From an uncultured Spirochaetaceae bacterium (GTDB lineage: Bacteria > Spirochaetota > Spirochaetia > DSM-27196 > SLST01), in contig CAZICD010000003.1 of the NCBI GenBank assembly GCA_964537725.1, positions 5,120-66,599 on the forward strand: a stretch of DNA of 61,480 nt, in the 5' to 3' direction. The notes under the pieces are model-generated. The model worked only from the letters and a program-made list of their open reading frames with translations. It was not told the DNA's origin and searched no databases. Below, in pieces: positions 47,352 through 56,861 of the stretch. Made by a program: the position numbers and the translations under genes. Position 1 is the stretch's first letter. Each line of letters begins with the position of its first letter.

Positions 47352-48317
47352 ATGGCAGCTCCTGAGTTTTCCGTCGCTGTACTCGAGACGAAAGAATACA
47401 AGCGCACGATGTTCAAGAAGCAGGTCAAGAACGGCAAGACGCTGCTCCTGATGTGCACGCCCGCGATCATCTTTTTCTTCATCTTCAGCTATCTGCCCCT
47501 GCCGGGCATCTACGTCGCCTTCGTGCGCTACAACTACTTCGACGGCGTGTTCGGAAGCCAGTTCGTGGGGTTCGAGAACTTCCGGTTCCTCGTCATCTCC
47601 GGAAAGCTCTGGATGCTCACGCGGAACACGGTGCTCTACAACCTCGGCTTCATCCTCACGACGAACATCGGTGCCATCGCCGTCGCGGTCATGCTGAACG
47701 AGATCAGCAACCGTGCGTTCCGCAAGGTGTCGCAGACGATCCTCCTGCTGCCGCACTTCATCTCCTTCGTGATCGTGGGCGTCTTCGCCTACAACATCCT
47801 CAACTTCGACTACGGAGTGCTGAACGGCTTGATTCGACGGATGGGCGGCGAGCCCGTCTCCGTCTACGGGACGCCGTCGCTTTGGCCGCCGCTCATCGTG
47901 GGGGTCCATTTCTGGAAGACGGTGGGTTATTCGACGATCATCTACTTCGCCGCCATCACGGCCATTAATCCCGAAATGTACGAGGCCGCGCACATCGACG
48001 GTGCGAATGCCTGGCAGCGCGTGTGGCGCATCACGCTGCCGAACCTGCTGGGCACGTTCGTGATCCTGCTCCTCTTCGCGCTCGGCCAGATCCTGCGCGG
48101 AAACTTCCAGCTCTTCTACAACCTGGTGGGGGCGAACGCCCGGCTCTTCCCGGTCACCGACATCATAGAGACGTACGTCTTCCGGTCGCTCATCGTGAAC
48201 TTCAACTTCTCCATGGGAGCCGCGGTCAGCCTGTACCAGTCGATCTTCGGATTCCTCCTGGTGCTCCTTTCAAACTGGTCGGTTCGGCGAGCCGAGCCCG
48301 AATACGCGCTGTTCTAA
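47352..48317 (+). CDS. carbohydrate ABC transporter permease (LplB-like)
   Basis: GAGGTGGG upstream of ATG 47352 and EAA loop EAAHIDGANAWQRVWRITLP. Confidence 0.85.
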   Translation: MAAPEFSVAVLETKEYKRTMFKKQVKNGKTLLLMCTPAIIFFFIFSYLPLPGIYVAFVRYNYFDGVFGSQFVGFENFRFLVISGKLWMLTRNTVLYNLGFILTTNIGAIAVAVMLNEISNRAFRKVSQTILLLPHFISFVIVGVFAYNILNFDYGVLNGLIRRMGGEPVSVYGTPSLWPPLIVGVHFWKTVGYSTIIYFAAITAINPEMYEAAHIDGANAWQRVWRITLPNLLGTFVILLLFALGQILRGNFQLFYNLVGANARLFPVTDIIETYVFRSLIVNFNFSMGAAVSLYQSIFGFLLVLLSNWSVRRAEPEYALF

Positions 48318-48331
48318 GGGAGGGACGGACG

Positions 48332-49246
48332 ATGCTTCGAAGCGCAGCTACATCCCGTAAGGTTCGGATCGACACGTCCACGATCATCTTCAAGACGATC
48401 GGCGTGATCGTGGTCTCCATCTTCGCGCTCTTCTGCCTCTATCCGTTCCTGCTCATGGTCGCCGGTTCGTTCACCGCGGAGACGGCGATCATCAACAGCG
48501 GCTACCGGCTGATCCCCGCCGAGTGGTCCACCGACTCCTACCAGATCGTGCTCGAGACGCCTCGGCTCATCGGCGGATCGTATCTGGTTACGATCGTGCT
48601 CACCACGGTCGGCACGACGGTGGGGCTCTTCCTCATCGCGATGACCGGCTACTCGCTCAACCGGAAGGACTTTGCCTTCCGCAACCACATCTCGTTCTAC
48701 GTCTACTTCACGACGCTGTTCACCGCCGGGCTCGTGCCCTTCTACATCATGATGGTGCGCTACTTCAACCTGAAGGACAGCTACTTCGCGGTGCTGCTGC
48801 CGCTCATGATGACACCCTGGCTCGTGATCCTCATGAAGAACTTCAGCAAGTCGATTCCGGACTCGGTCACCGAATCCGCGAAGATCGACGGCGCGGGCGA
48901 CTTCATGATCTTCCTCCGGTTGATCCTCCCCATGTCCAAGCCGGCGCTCGCGACGCTGGGGCTCTTCACGGCGCTGCAGTACTGGAACGAGTGGTTCCTC
49001 TCCATGCTCTTCCTGAGCGCGAACGTGGAGCACCGGCCGCTGCAGCTCTTCCTCTACAACATGATCGCCCGGGCAGACTTCATCCGGATGAACGCGGCGC
49101 TGATGAACATCCCGCCGCAGGACATCCCGAGCGAGTCGCTCAAGCTCGCCGCCGCGGTGATCGCGACCGGGCCTATCGTCTTCGTCTATCCCTTCGTCCA
49201 GAAGTACTTCATCAAGGGCATCACGATCGGTGCGGTCAAGGGGTAG
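48332..49246 (+). CDS. carbohydrate ABC transporter permease (LplC-like)
   Basis: AAGGGAGGGA upstream and EAA loop ESAKIDGAGDFMIFLRLILP. Confidence 0.85.
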   Translation: MLRSAATSRKVRIDTSTIIFKTIGVIVVSIFALFCLYPFLLMVAGSFTAETAIINSGYRLIPAEWSTDSYQIVLETPRLIGGSYLVTIVLTTVGTTVGLFLIAMTGYSLNRKDFAFRNHISFYVYFTTLFTAGLVPFYIMMVRYFNLKDSYFAVLLPLMMTPWLVILMKNFSKSIPDSVTESAKIDGAGDFMIFLRLILPMSKPALATLGLFTALQYWNEWFLSMLFLSANVEHRPLQLFLYNMIARADFIRMNAALMNIPPQDIPSESLKLAAAVIATGPIVFVYPFVQKYFIKGITIGAVKG

Positions 49247-49310
49247 ATCTCGTGCAGGTTCTTGTACCGGGCGTGGCCCGGAAAGAATACATCAGAAAAG
49301 GAGGGACGGT

Positions 49311-50840
49311 ATGAAACGTCTCCGCATTGTTGCCCTGATCGCGACGGCCCTCGTCGTGGTCGCAGGCTTGGGCTTCGCGTCCGGTGGTCAGGAATCCGGC
49401 GTAGCCGACACGTCCGAGTTCGTCGAGGTCACCCACCACATGATGGGAAACGCTCCGACGAACGGCATGGACGAGATCGTCGAAGCCGAGTGGAACAAGA
49501 TCCTCGAGGAACAGGTCAACGCGCACATGGTGCTGCGCTGGATCGAGTGGGCCGATTGGTACACGAAGTACAACCTGCTGCTCGCCTCCGGTGAGCCTGT
49601 CGACATGATCCACAGCTCGTCCACGTGGCTCGACCTCTGGGCGAACGCGCAGCGCGGCGCCTTTCTCGTGCTCGACGACCTCATCCCGCAGTACGCGCCG
49701 CTGACGTGGGAAGAGATCCCCGAAGAGGACTGGGACCAGGCGCGATTCAACGGCGAGATCGTCGCGTTCCCGGAGAACAACTACAGCCAGTACGTGAACC
49801 ACGGGCTCTACTACCGCGGCGACTGGGCCGAGGAGTTCGGGATCACCGAGCACATCGACAGCTTCGAGGACATGGAGGTTTACTTCCAGGGCATCGCGGA
49901 CAACTACCCGGACGTGGTCCCCTGGGACGCGCAGGGATCGCACGTAGGTCTGTTGGGCGGATGGTTCGAGTCGAAGACCGACGTCGTCGGCATCTCGGTG
50001 CCGCTTCGCATCAACATCTTCCGCGGCGCGAGCTGGGAGGATCCGTTCGAGATCACCTCGCTCGTCTTCGACCCGCTCTTCGACGAGTACGCCGAGAAGA
50101 TGGCCGACTGGTACGAGCGCGGCTTCTGGCGGACCGACGTGCTGAATAACACGCAGGACACGCGCGAGGCGCTGCGCGCCGGTCGCAGCGGTTCGGATCA
50201 GCACCACTCGAACACGTACCGCACGCTCCGCTGGGAGATGGACGATCTCTTCCCCGGTAGCCGGCTCCAGATGTTCGCCTGGGCGGATACCGGCGGCAAC
50301 CTCGTCGCCGAGCCCATCACGCACGGTGCCACGAGCATCGGGCGTAACTCGGACGCTCCGGCACGTTCGGTCATGATCTACGAAGTCCTTCGCCAGAACG
50401 AGGAAGTCTACCGGCTCCTCAACTACGGTATGGAAGGCGTCCAGTACGAGGTCGTGGACGGCGTACGCACGCGGCCCGAGGACTACGAGCAGGCTACCGA
50501 CGAGTTCTACTCCAACTACTGGGGTGGACGCGTGGACAAGTTCGAGATCCCGACCGACACCGAGTGGCCGGGCATCTACGAGATCTGGGAGGGATACGAC
50601 CAGATCGTGCGCGAGCCGTATCCGTTCAGCAAGTTCATCCTCGACAAGACCCCCATCGAGGCGGAGCTCGCGGCTCTTTCGGACGTCATCGATTCGAAGC
50701 TCGTTCCCATCAACTGGGGCGTGGTCGACGATGTCGAGGCGGCGGTCGAGGACCTTCGCCAGTCGCTCAAGCAGGCCGGTCACGACAAGGTTCTGGAGGA
50801 GGTCCAGCGCCAGGTCGACGAGTACGAGGCTTCGCTGTAA
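49311..50840 (+). CDS. large extracellular solute-binding protein (LplA-like, about 509 aa)
   Basis: AAAGGAGGGA upstream and a signal peptide (IVALIATALVVVAGLGFASG). The size and gene order are typical of this transporter class. Confidence 0.8.
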   Translation: MKRLRIVALIATALVVVAGLGFASGGQESGVADTSEFVEVTHHMMGNAPTNGMDEIVEAEWNKILEEQVNAHMVLRWIEWADWYTKYNLLLASGEPVDMIHSSSTWLDLWANAQRGAFLVLDDLIPQYAPLTWEEIPEEDWDQARFNGEIVAFPENNYSQYVNHGLYYRGDWAEEFGITEHIDSFEDMEVYFQGIADNYPDVVPWDAQGSHVGLLGGWFESKTDVVGISVPLRINIFRGASWEDPFEITSLVFDPLFDEYAEKMADWYERGFWRTDVLNNTQDTREALRAGRSGSDQHHSNTYRTLRWEMDDLFPGSRLQMFAWADTGGNLVAEPITHGATSIGRNSDAPARSVMIYEVLRQNEEVYRLLNYGMEGVQYEVVDGVRTRPEDYEQATDEFYSNYWGGRVDKFEIPTDTEWPGIYEIWEGYDQIVREPYPFSKFILDKTPIEAELAALSDVIDSKLVPINWGVVDDVEAAVEDLRQSLKQAGHDKVLEEVQRQVDEYEASL

Positions 50841-50854
50841 GGGCGTGATTACCG

Positions 50855-50882
50855 CCGGGCGCGGCTTCGGCCGCGTCCGGTT
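50855..50882 (+). terminator. GC-rich hairpin with a UUCG loop downstream of the binding-protein gene
   Basis: CCGGGCGCGGC-TTCG-GCCGCGTCCGG (11 bp, one G-U pair), followed by only TT. A second 8-bp stem, CCACCGCC...GGCGGTGG, follows. Confidence 0.4.
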
Positions 50883-50942
50883 CCCACCGCCGGGGCGGGA
50901 GGCAACGGCGGTGGTGCATCTTCGAACCGAGGGAGCATCACC

Positions 50943-51056
50943 ATGCCGAAGTCTCTTGCCGCGGTCGTCTCCGTGGACGGTTTCGAGTTCGCGAGCGAGG
51001 CCGCCGTGCCGGGCGATCGCCGTCTGGTGTCGGTCCCGCTGGTCCCGGTGGATTGA
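50943..51056 (+). CDS. candidate 37-codon small ORF immediately upstream of the LacI gene
   Basis: GAGGGAG lies 7 nt upstream of the ATG. Third codon positions are mostly G/C. The TGA ends 1 nt before the lacI-family ATG. Peptide: MPKSLAAVVSVDGFEFASEAAVPGDRRLVSVPLVPVD. Confidence 0.25.
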   Translation: MPKSLAAVVSVDGFEFASEAAVPGDRRLVSVPLVPVD

Positions 51057-51057
51057 C

Positions 51058-52110
51058 ATGGCCGACGTAGGGAGCGAGAAGGTTACCATCTACAGCATCG
51101 CGAAGGAGGCGGGCGTCTCTCCCGCGACGGTCTCGCGCGTACTCAACGGGAGCCAGCCGGTCAGCGGCGACAAGCGCTCGCGAGTCGAGGAGATCATCCG
51201 CCTGCACAACTACCGGCCGAGCGCGATCGCCCGCAGTCTCACCGGCCAGGACACCCGCGTGCTCGGGTTCATCCAGCCCGACATCGCGCATCCCTACTAC
51301 AATTCGATCTTCGTCGCCGCCGAGCAGAAGGCGATGGAGCTCGGCTACACGTTCTTCCTCGGGAACACGCTCAACGATAACCTTCGTCACATCAACAACA
51401 TGGAGGCCCATTACCTCCGGCTGATGAAGGAGAAGCACGTGGACGGCGTGCTCGTCGCCGGCGGCCGGATCAACGACGCTACTCCCACGGGCGACTACGT
51501 CGCCGAGTTCGGCGCGTTCAAGTCTCATACCCCCATCGTCACGGTGAGCGGCCACCTCCCGTGGACCGACTGCCCGAGCGTCACGTCCGACAACCGGAAG
51601 GGCATCTTCCTCATGGTGAACTACCTCGCCTCGCTGAAGCACGAACGCATCGGCTTCCTGGGCGGCGCGCGCGGTATCGAGCCCACGATGACTCGCCTGC
51701 AGACCTTTCGCGAGGCGCTCGCCGAGCACGGACTCGAATACCGGGAGGAGTGGCACGTCGAGGGTGGCTTCGGCGTCGAGGAGGGGCGCACCGCGATGGA
51801 GGAGCTCCTTCAGCTGCGCGAGAAACCGACCGCGATCCTCTGCTTCAACGACCTCACCGCGATCGGCGCGATCTTCGTCGCGCACAAGTACGGTCTGGAC
51901 GTTCCCGGCGACATCTCGATCGCGGGCATCGACAATATCCCGTTCAGCCAGTACGTCCACCCGCCCATCACGACTGTCGATCTTCGGGGGCCCGAGCAGG
52001 GGCGCATCGCGGTCGAGATGCTCGTTGACATCCTCCACGGCACCGACGGTATGACCGAACGGGTGCTGGAACCCAGACTCGCGGTTCGAGGGTCGTGCGC
52101 GAGCCCATGA
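51058..52110 (+). CDS. LacI-family transcriptional regulator
   Basis: HTH motif TIYSIAKEAGVSPATVSRVLNG with a periplasmic-binding-protein-like core. Confidence 0.9.
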   Translation: MADVGSEKVTIYSIAKEAGVSPATVSRVLNGSQPVSGDKRSRVEEIIRLHNYRPSAIARSLTGQDTRVLGFIQPDIAHPYYNSIFVAAEQKAMELGYTFFLGNTLNDNLRHINNMEAHYLRLMKEKHVDGVLVAGGRINDATPTGDYVAEFGAFKSHTPIVTVSGHLPWTDCPSVTSDNRKGIFLMVNYLASLKHERIGFLGGARGIEPTMTRLQTFREALAEHGLEYREEWHVEGGFGVEEGRTAMEELLQLREKPTAILCFNDLTAIGAIFVAHKYGLDVPGDISIAGIDNIPFSQYVHPPITTVDLRGPEQGRIAVEMLVDILHGTDGMTERVLEPRLAVRGSCASP

Positions 52111-53693
52111 GACGCCCGCTACTCGCGGGGATCGCGATGGCGCTGGCCATCGGCATCCTTGCCACCTCGTGCAAAGAGGACGGTGTTCTCGTGACCGTCG
52201 ACACGACGGTTCGTCACCAGACGATCGAAGGGTTCGGCGCGTCCGGCTCGTGGACGATCGACCCGGTGGGCGAACACTGGTCCGGAGAGCAGCGGCGGAA
52301 CCTGGCCCGCCTGCTCTTCTCGCCGGACGATGGCATCGGTCTGTCGATCTGGAAGTTCAACGCCGGCGCCTCGGGAATCGATTCCGATGAGGAGTTCTTC
52401 TCGTCGCCCTACGCGTGGCGCAAGGCCGACACCTTCGACGCGGGCGAGGCCGGGGCGTACGACTGGTCGGCCCACGTCGGGCAGCGTCGGTTTCTCGCCG
52501 CAGCACACGATCTTGGGGTGGAGCGGTTCACGCTCATCTTCTACAGCCCTCCGCGCTGGGCGACGAAGAACGGCCTCACGCACCCCGACGGAGAGAGCGG
52601 TACGACGAATCTTCGGCCGGAACGGACAGACGACTTCGCCCGCTACATGGCAGACGTCGCTTCGTACCTCGAAGACGAGTACGCGATCGACCTCGCGGAC
52701 GTCGTCCCGCTCAACGAGCCGAACTGGGCGTGGAGCGACAGCAACCAGGAGGCGAACCGGTACGCCGTGGCGGACATCAAGCGAGTCGTCACGGCGCTCG
52801 GTGCCGAGCTCTCCTCGCGCGGCGTCGACGCCCGGATCACGACGCCGGAGGCCGGTGAGATCATGGCGCTGCTCGACGACGAAAGCTACCGGGAGTACTG
52901 GCGGGGGACCTCGCAGCGCTACAACGCGCAGAACCTCGAGCTCTCCACCGGTGGCAAATTCCGCGAGTACGCGTCCGAACTCATCGGCGATCCCGCGATC
53001 CGGGAGCTCACCCACGGTTCCATCAGCGCTCACTCGTACTGGTCGGACTACAGCGCAACCGCAGACGACAGGCTCGTGCGGCTGCGGCAGATAGTCCGCG
53101 CCGATCTGGACGAGCACCTCCCGGGCGCGACCTACCTCCAGACCGAGTACTGCATCCTCGGCGATCGCGGTCCCGGCCGCGACCTGACTATGGACAGCGC
53201 GATCGCAGTCGCGGAGGTAATCCACCGCGACCTCACGATCCTCGACGCTGCCGAGTGGTCGTGGTGGCTCGCGCTCAGCCCGCACGACTACAAGGACGGG
53301 CTGCTCTACACCGACTGGGAGCGACCCGGCGACGAGGAAAAGATCATTACGTCGCGAATCTTCTTCACGCTCGGGCAGTACAGCCGGTTCATCCGTCCGG
53401 CATACCGGCGCGTGGACGCGACCCTCGTGGGCGACGATGGAGAGCTCCCGCTCGACCACGCCGTGCTCGCCTCCGCCTACGTCTCGCCGGACGATCGAGA
53501 GCTGGTGGTAGTCGTCGTCAACACGTCGTCGGAGCAGCAGACAATCGTGCTCGAGCCGCGACGGACCTTCGATGTCTACCGCACATCCGACGCAACGGGC
53601 GACGAGATCGCCGCACATGGAGAGGTCCCCGGGCGTGAGGCGGTGGAGCTTCCGCCCAAATCAGTCACAACCTTCGTTTCAGGAGAGGAGTAG
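52107..53693 (+). CDS. GH30-family glycoside hydrolase lipoprotein
   Basis: ATG 52107 forms an ATGA overlap with the LacI stop. Lipobox ILATSC. Motifs IEGFGASGSW, PLNEPNW (acid/base) and LQTEYC (nucleophile). Confidence 0.75.
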   Translation: MRRPLLAGIAMALAIGILATSCKEDGVLVTVDTTVRHQTIEGFGASGSWTIDPVGEHWSGEQRRNLARLLFSPDDGIGLSIWKFNAGASGIDSDEEFFSSPYAWRKADTFDAGEAGAYDWSAHVGQRRFLAAAHDLGVERFTLIFYSPPRWATKNGLTHPDGESGTTNLRPERTDDFARYMADVASYLEDEYAIDLADVVPLNEPNWAWSDSNQEANRYAVADIKRVVTALGAELSSRGVDARITTPEAGEIMALLDDESYREYWRGTSQRYNAQNLELSTGGKFREYASELIGDPAIRELTHGSISAHSYWSDYSATADDRLVRLRQIVRADLDEHLPGATYLQTEYCILGDRGPGRDLTMDSAIAVAEVIHRDLTILDAAEWSWWLALSPHDYKDGLLYTDWERPGDEEKIITSRIFFTLGQYSRFIRPAYRRVDATLVGDDGELPLDHAVLASAYVSPDDRELVVVVVNTSSEQQTIVLEPRRTFDVYRTSDATGDEIAAHGEVPGREAVELPPKSVTTFVSGEE

Positions 53694-53694
53694 T

Positions 53695-55278
53695 ATGGAA
53701 TTCACGGTCAAGGGCAAACCCTTCTTCCCGCTCGGCGGGCAGGCGCACAACTCGAGCGCGTACAACGCGGACGAGATCGCATCGGCGGTCGCCGGTGTGG
53801 TGGCGCTGGGCGGCAACTTCCTGGAGGCTCCGGTCTACTGGGAGCAGCTCGAGCCGGAAGAGGGGCGTTTCGACTTCTCTGCGGTCGACGCGCTGCTCGG
53901 CGCGTGCCGCGAGGCGTCGCTCAAGCTCGTCGTGCTCTGGTTCGGCACGTGGAAGAACGGCGAGATGCGCTACGCGCCCGAGTGGGTCAAGCAGGACACC
54001 GCTCGGTTTCCCCGCGTCGTCGGGTACGACGGCCGGGAGATGGCCGTGCTCTCGAGCTACTCGAAGTCGACTGTCGCGGCCGACTCGCGCGCCTTCGTAG
54101 AGCTGTGCTCGCACCTCGCGAGCGCCGACGCGACCGAGCACACGGTGATCGCGGTTCAGGTGGAGAACGAGCCGGGGATCCTCGGAAGCGATCGAGACCA
54201 CGGCGAAGCCGCGGAGGCGGCTCTGAAGGAGCAGGTTCCGTCGCAGCTCATCGACTTCGTGCGCGACCGCGCGACCGGACCGGTGTTCGACGCGTGGCAG
54301 GCCGCCCGAGCGAAAACCGGCGCCGACTGGATCGCTACCTTCGGTGTTCCGGGCTACGAGCTTCGCGAGGCGTGGAGCATCGCGTCCTACATAGACGCGG
54401 TCGCCGCGGCCGGGCGCGACGTGTTCGATCGGCCCATGTACACGAACGCGTGGCTGGGCGGAGACGGCTGGCAGGTCCCGGGCTTCTACCCGGCCGGGGG
54501 GCCGGTGGCGAGGGTGCTCGACGTCTGGAAGGTCGCCGCGCCGAACCTGGACCTCATCGCGCCCGACATCTACATCGCGAATCCCAGGCGCTACGAGCGC
54601 GCCTGCGCGGACTATCGGCGGGACGACAACCCGCTCTTCGTCCCGGAGTCGAGCGCGAGCAACGCGAACGCGATGACCATGATCACCGCGATCGCCGACT
54701 ACGACGCGATCGGCTACGCGTGCTTCGCGGTGGACAGCGTGCTCGACCTGGAGGGGAACCTCCGCGACGACGCGCGGCTGTTCGCCGCGAGCTTCGCCGC
54801 GACGAAGTCGATCCTGCCGCTCCTGCAGCGATTCCGCGGTAGCGGCAAGGTTCACGGCATCGTCTACGAGGAGGGAGCGGCGTTTTTCGCGCTCGAGCTC
54901 GAGCGCTACCGTGGAATGGTGCCCTACTCGAACCTGGGGGTGCTCCGCGACGTGACCGACCATCGGCACCGACGCGCCGGCGGTGAGCCGACACCGGCGT
55001 TCGGGTACGTGGTCGAGGCCGGTCCCTACGAGCTCTACCTCGCCGGCAGCTTCCACCTCCACCTCGTCGCGAACGAGCCGCCCGACTGGACCGCAGCCAT
55101 GCGCTTCCCCGTCGTGGCAACGCCGGTTGACTACCTCAGCGTGGAAGAGGGCACGCTGCGCGCCGACGGGAGCTTCGTCCCGCACCGCACGCGCAACGGC
55201 GACGAGGTCGTGTTCGGAGGGTTCTGGGCAGAGCCGGACGTGGGAGTCGTCCGCATCCGGCTCACCCCGCGCGACTGA
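53695..55278 (+). CDS. GH35/GH42-clan beta-galactosidase-like hydrolase
   Basis: AGGAGAGGAG upstream. Motifs FLEAPVYWEQLEPEEGRFDF and VQVENEPG. No signal peptide. Confidence 0.6.
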   Translation: MEFTVKGKPFFPLGGQAHNSSAYNADEIASAVAGVVALGGNFLEAPVYWEQLEPEEGRFDFSAVDALLGACREASLKLVVLWFGTWKNGEMRYAPEWVKQDTARFPRVVGYDGREMAVLSSYSKSTVAADSRAFVELCSHLASADATEHTVIAVQVENEPGILGSDRDHGEAAEAALKEQVPSQLIDFVRDRATGPVFDAWQAARAKTGADWIATFGVPGYELREAWSIASYIDAVAAAGRDVFDRPMYTNAWLGGDGWQVPGFYPAGGPVARVLDVWKVAAPNLDLIAPDIYIANPRRYERACADYRRDDNPLFVPESSASNANAMTMITAIADYDAIGYACFAVDSVLDLEGNLRDDARLFAASFAATKSILPLLQRFRGSGKVHGIVYEEGAAFFALELERYRGMVPYSNLGVLRDVTDHRHRRAGGEPTPAFGYVVEAGPYELYLAGSFHLHLVANEPPDWTAAMRFPVVATPVDYLSVEEGTLRADGSFVPHRTRNGDEVVFGGFWAEPDVGVVRIRLTPRD

Positions 55279-56064
55279 TCAGGCGTTGTCGTACGCTACG
55301 TACGGCCGCTGCGTCGCGAGTTTGCCGCCGCTCACGTCCACGAGCGTGCCGGTGATGTAGCTCGCGAGATCGGAAGCGAGGAAGCACACGAGGTTGGCCA
55401 CATCCTGCGGCGCTCCCCAGCGCCGCAGGGTGAGCATGCCCAGCATCTGCTCCGCCTTTTCCGGCGGCAGCTTGTCGAAGTTGTTCATGCCGGTCGGGAT
55501 CATGCCGGGCGCGTAGCAGTTCACGGTGATATCCCACGGCCCCAGTTCGCTCGCGAGTACGCGCGTGTATCCGACGACCGCGTACTTGGAGGCGGCGTAG
55601 GCGGCTCCTCCGACGCTCGGCACGATCGCCGCAAACGACGCGGCGTTGATGATCCTGCCGGAGCGCTGCTCCTTCATGATGGGCACGACCGCCTTGCTCA
55701 TGAGGAACGTGCCCTTCGTGTTCACGTCGAAGTTGAGGTCCCATCGCTCGGCGGGCAGGTCTTCTATCATTCCGCCCTTCGCGACCCCGGCGTTGTTCAC
55801 CAGGATGTCGATGCGCCCGTACTCGTCTTTGACCTTCCCGACGACGTCGGCAACCTGGGTCTCGTCGCGCACGTCGCAGGCGAGGTACATGCCTTCGAGG
55901 TCGCCGTCGGCGAAGACTCCCTTCAGGTCGGCGAGCCGTTCCTCGTCCATGTCCAGACAGACGGTCTTCACGCCTTCGCGCGCGAGCGTGAGCGCGATCT
56001 CCCGTCCGATGCCGGCTCCGGCGCCCGTGACGATTCCTACCTTGTCCCGCAGATCGATGTTCAT
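55279..56064 (-). CDS. SDR-family oxidoreductase
   Basis: Motifs TGAGAGIGREIA and YAASKYAV. GAGGAG upstream of ATG 56064. Confidence 0.85.
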   Translation of the reverse strand: MNIDLRDKVGIVTGAGAGIGREIALTLAREGVKTVCLDMDEERLADLKGVFADGDLEGMYLACDVRDETQVADVVGKVKDEYGRIDILVNNAGVAKGGMIEDLPAERWDLNFDVNTKGTFLMSKAVVPIMKEQRSGRIINAASFAAIVPSVGGAAYAASKYAVVGYTRVLASELGPWDITVNCYAPGMIPTGMNNFDKLPPEKAEQMLGMLTLRRWGAPQDVANLVCFLASDLASYITGTLVDVSGGKLATQRPYVAYDNA

Positions 56065-56090
56065 ACTGCTCTCCTCAAGCTTTGGTTGTG

Positions 56091-56861
56091 CTACATATGG
56101 ATGCCGAGACCCGCGCTGACCGCGAGGTCCGTACCCGTGACGTGACGTCCCGAATCCGACGCGAGATACACGCACGCGTCTGCGATGTCCTCTACCGACG
56201 TGAACTCGCCGAACGGCATGCGTGCCTCCTGTTCCGCGACCCACTCTGCGTCGTCCTCGGGTACGCCGCGCAGCGCCCGCTCCTGCTCGGTGAGGACCCA
56301 GCCCACCGTGATCCAGTTGACGCGGATCCTGTCGGGAGCGAGAAGCATCGCGAGCTTACGCGTGAGCGTGTGGAGCGCGCCCTTGCTGACGCCGTAGACG
56401 AACTGGCGCCTGCCTTCGCCGAACGGATGCCCCGATCCGATGTTGATGATCGCGCCGCCGCCGCGCTCGCGGAGCATGGGTGCCGCGGCCTGGGCACAGA
56501 AGTACGACGCCTTCGCGTTCAATCCGAAGACACGGTCCCAGTCCTCGGACGTCGTCTCTTCGAAGGTGAGAACCGGGAAGATACCCGCGTTGTTGACGAG
56601 GACATCAAGCCCGCCGAACTCGCGTGCCGCTCGCTCGCAGAGGGGTGCGCACGCGGCGCTGTCCATGAGATCGGCCTCGTGAAAGACCGCCCGTCCGCCG
56701 TCGGCACGGATACGCGCCACGACGGCCTCGCCCGCAACCCGGCGTCTGCCGGAAACGACGACCGCCGCTCCCTCGCGCGCCATCCCGACGGCGATCGCTT
56801 CGCCTATGCCGCTCGTCGATCCGGTCACCACCGCGACCCGGCCGTCCAGCCGGCCCTCCAT
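56091..56861 (-). CDS. SDR-family oxidoreductase
   Basis: Motifs TGSTSGIGEAIA and YGVSKGAL. Confidence 0.85.
   Translation of the reverse strand: MEGRLDGRVAVVTGSTSGIGEAIAVGMAREGAAVVVSGRRRVAGEAVVARIRADGGRAVFHEADLMDSAACAPLCERAAREFGGLDVLVNNAGIFPVLTFEETTSEDWDRVFGLNAKASYFCAQAAAPMLRERGGGAIINIGSGHPFGEGRRQFVYGVSKGALHTLTRKLAMLLAPDRIRVNWITVGWVLTEQERALRGVPEDDAEWVAEQEARMPFGEFTSVEDIADACVYLASDSGRHVTGTDLAVSAGLGIHM

Noticed and set aside
49236-51089. 617-aa minus-strand ORF
   Set aside because: Antisense to the solute-binding protein gene, which has a strong RBS, a signal peptide and normal composition.
55276-55281. TGATCA formed by two abutting convergent stop codons
   Set aside because: This is a coincidental palindrome of TGA plus its complement. 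There is no surrounding structure.
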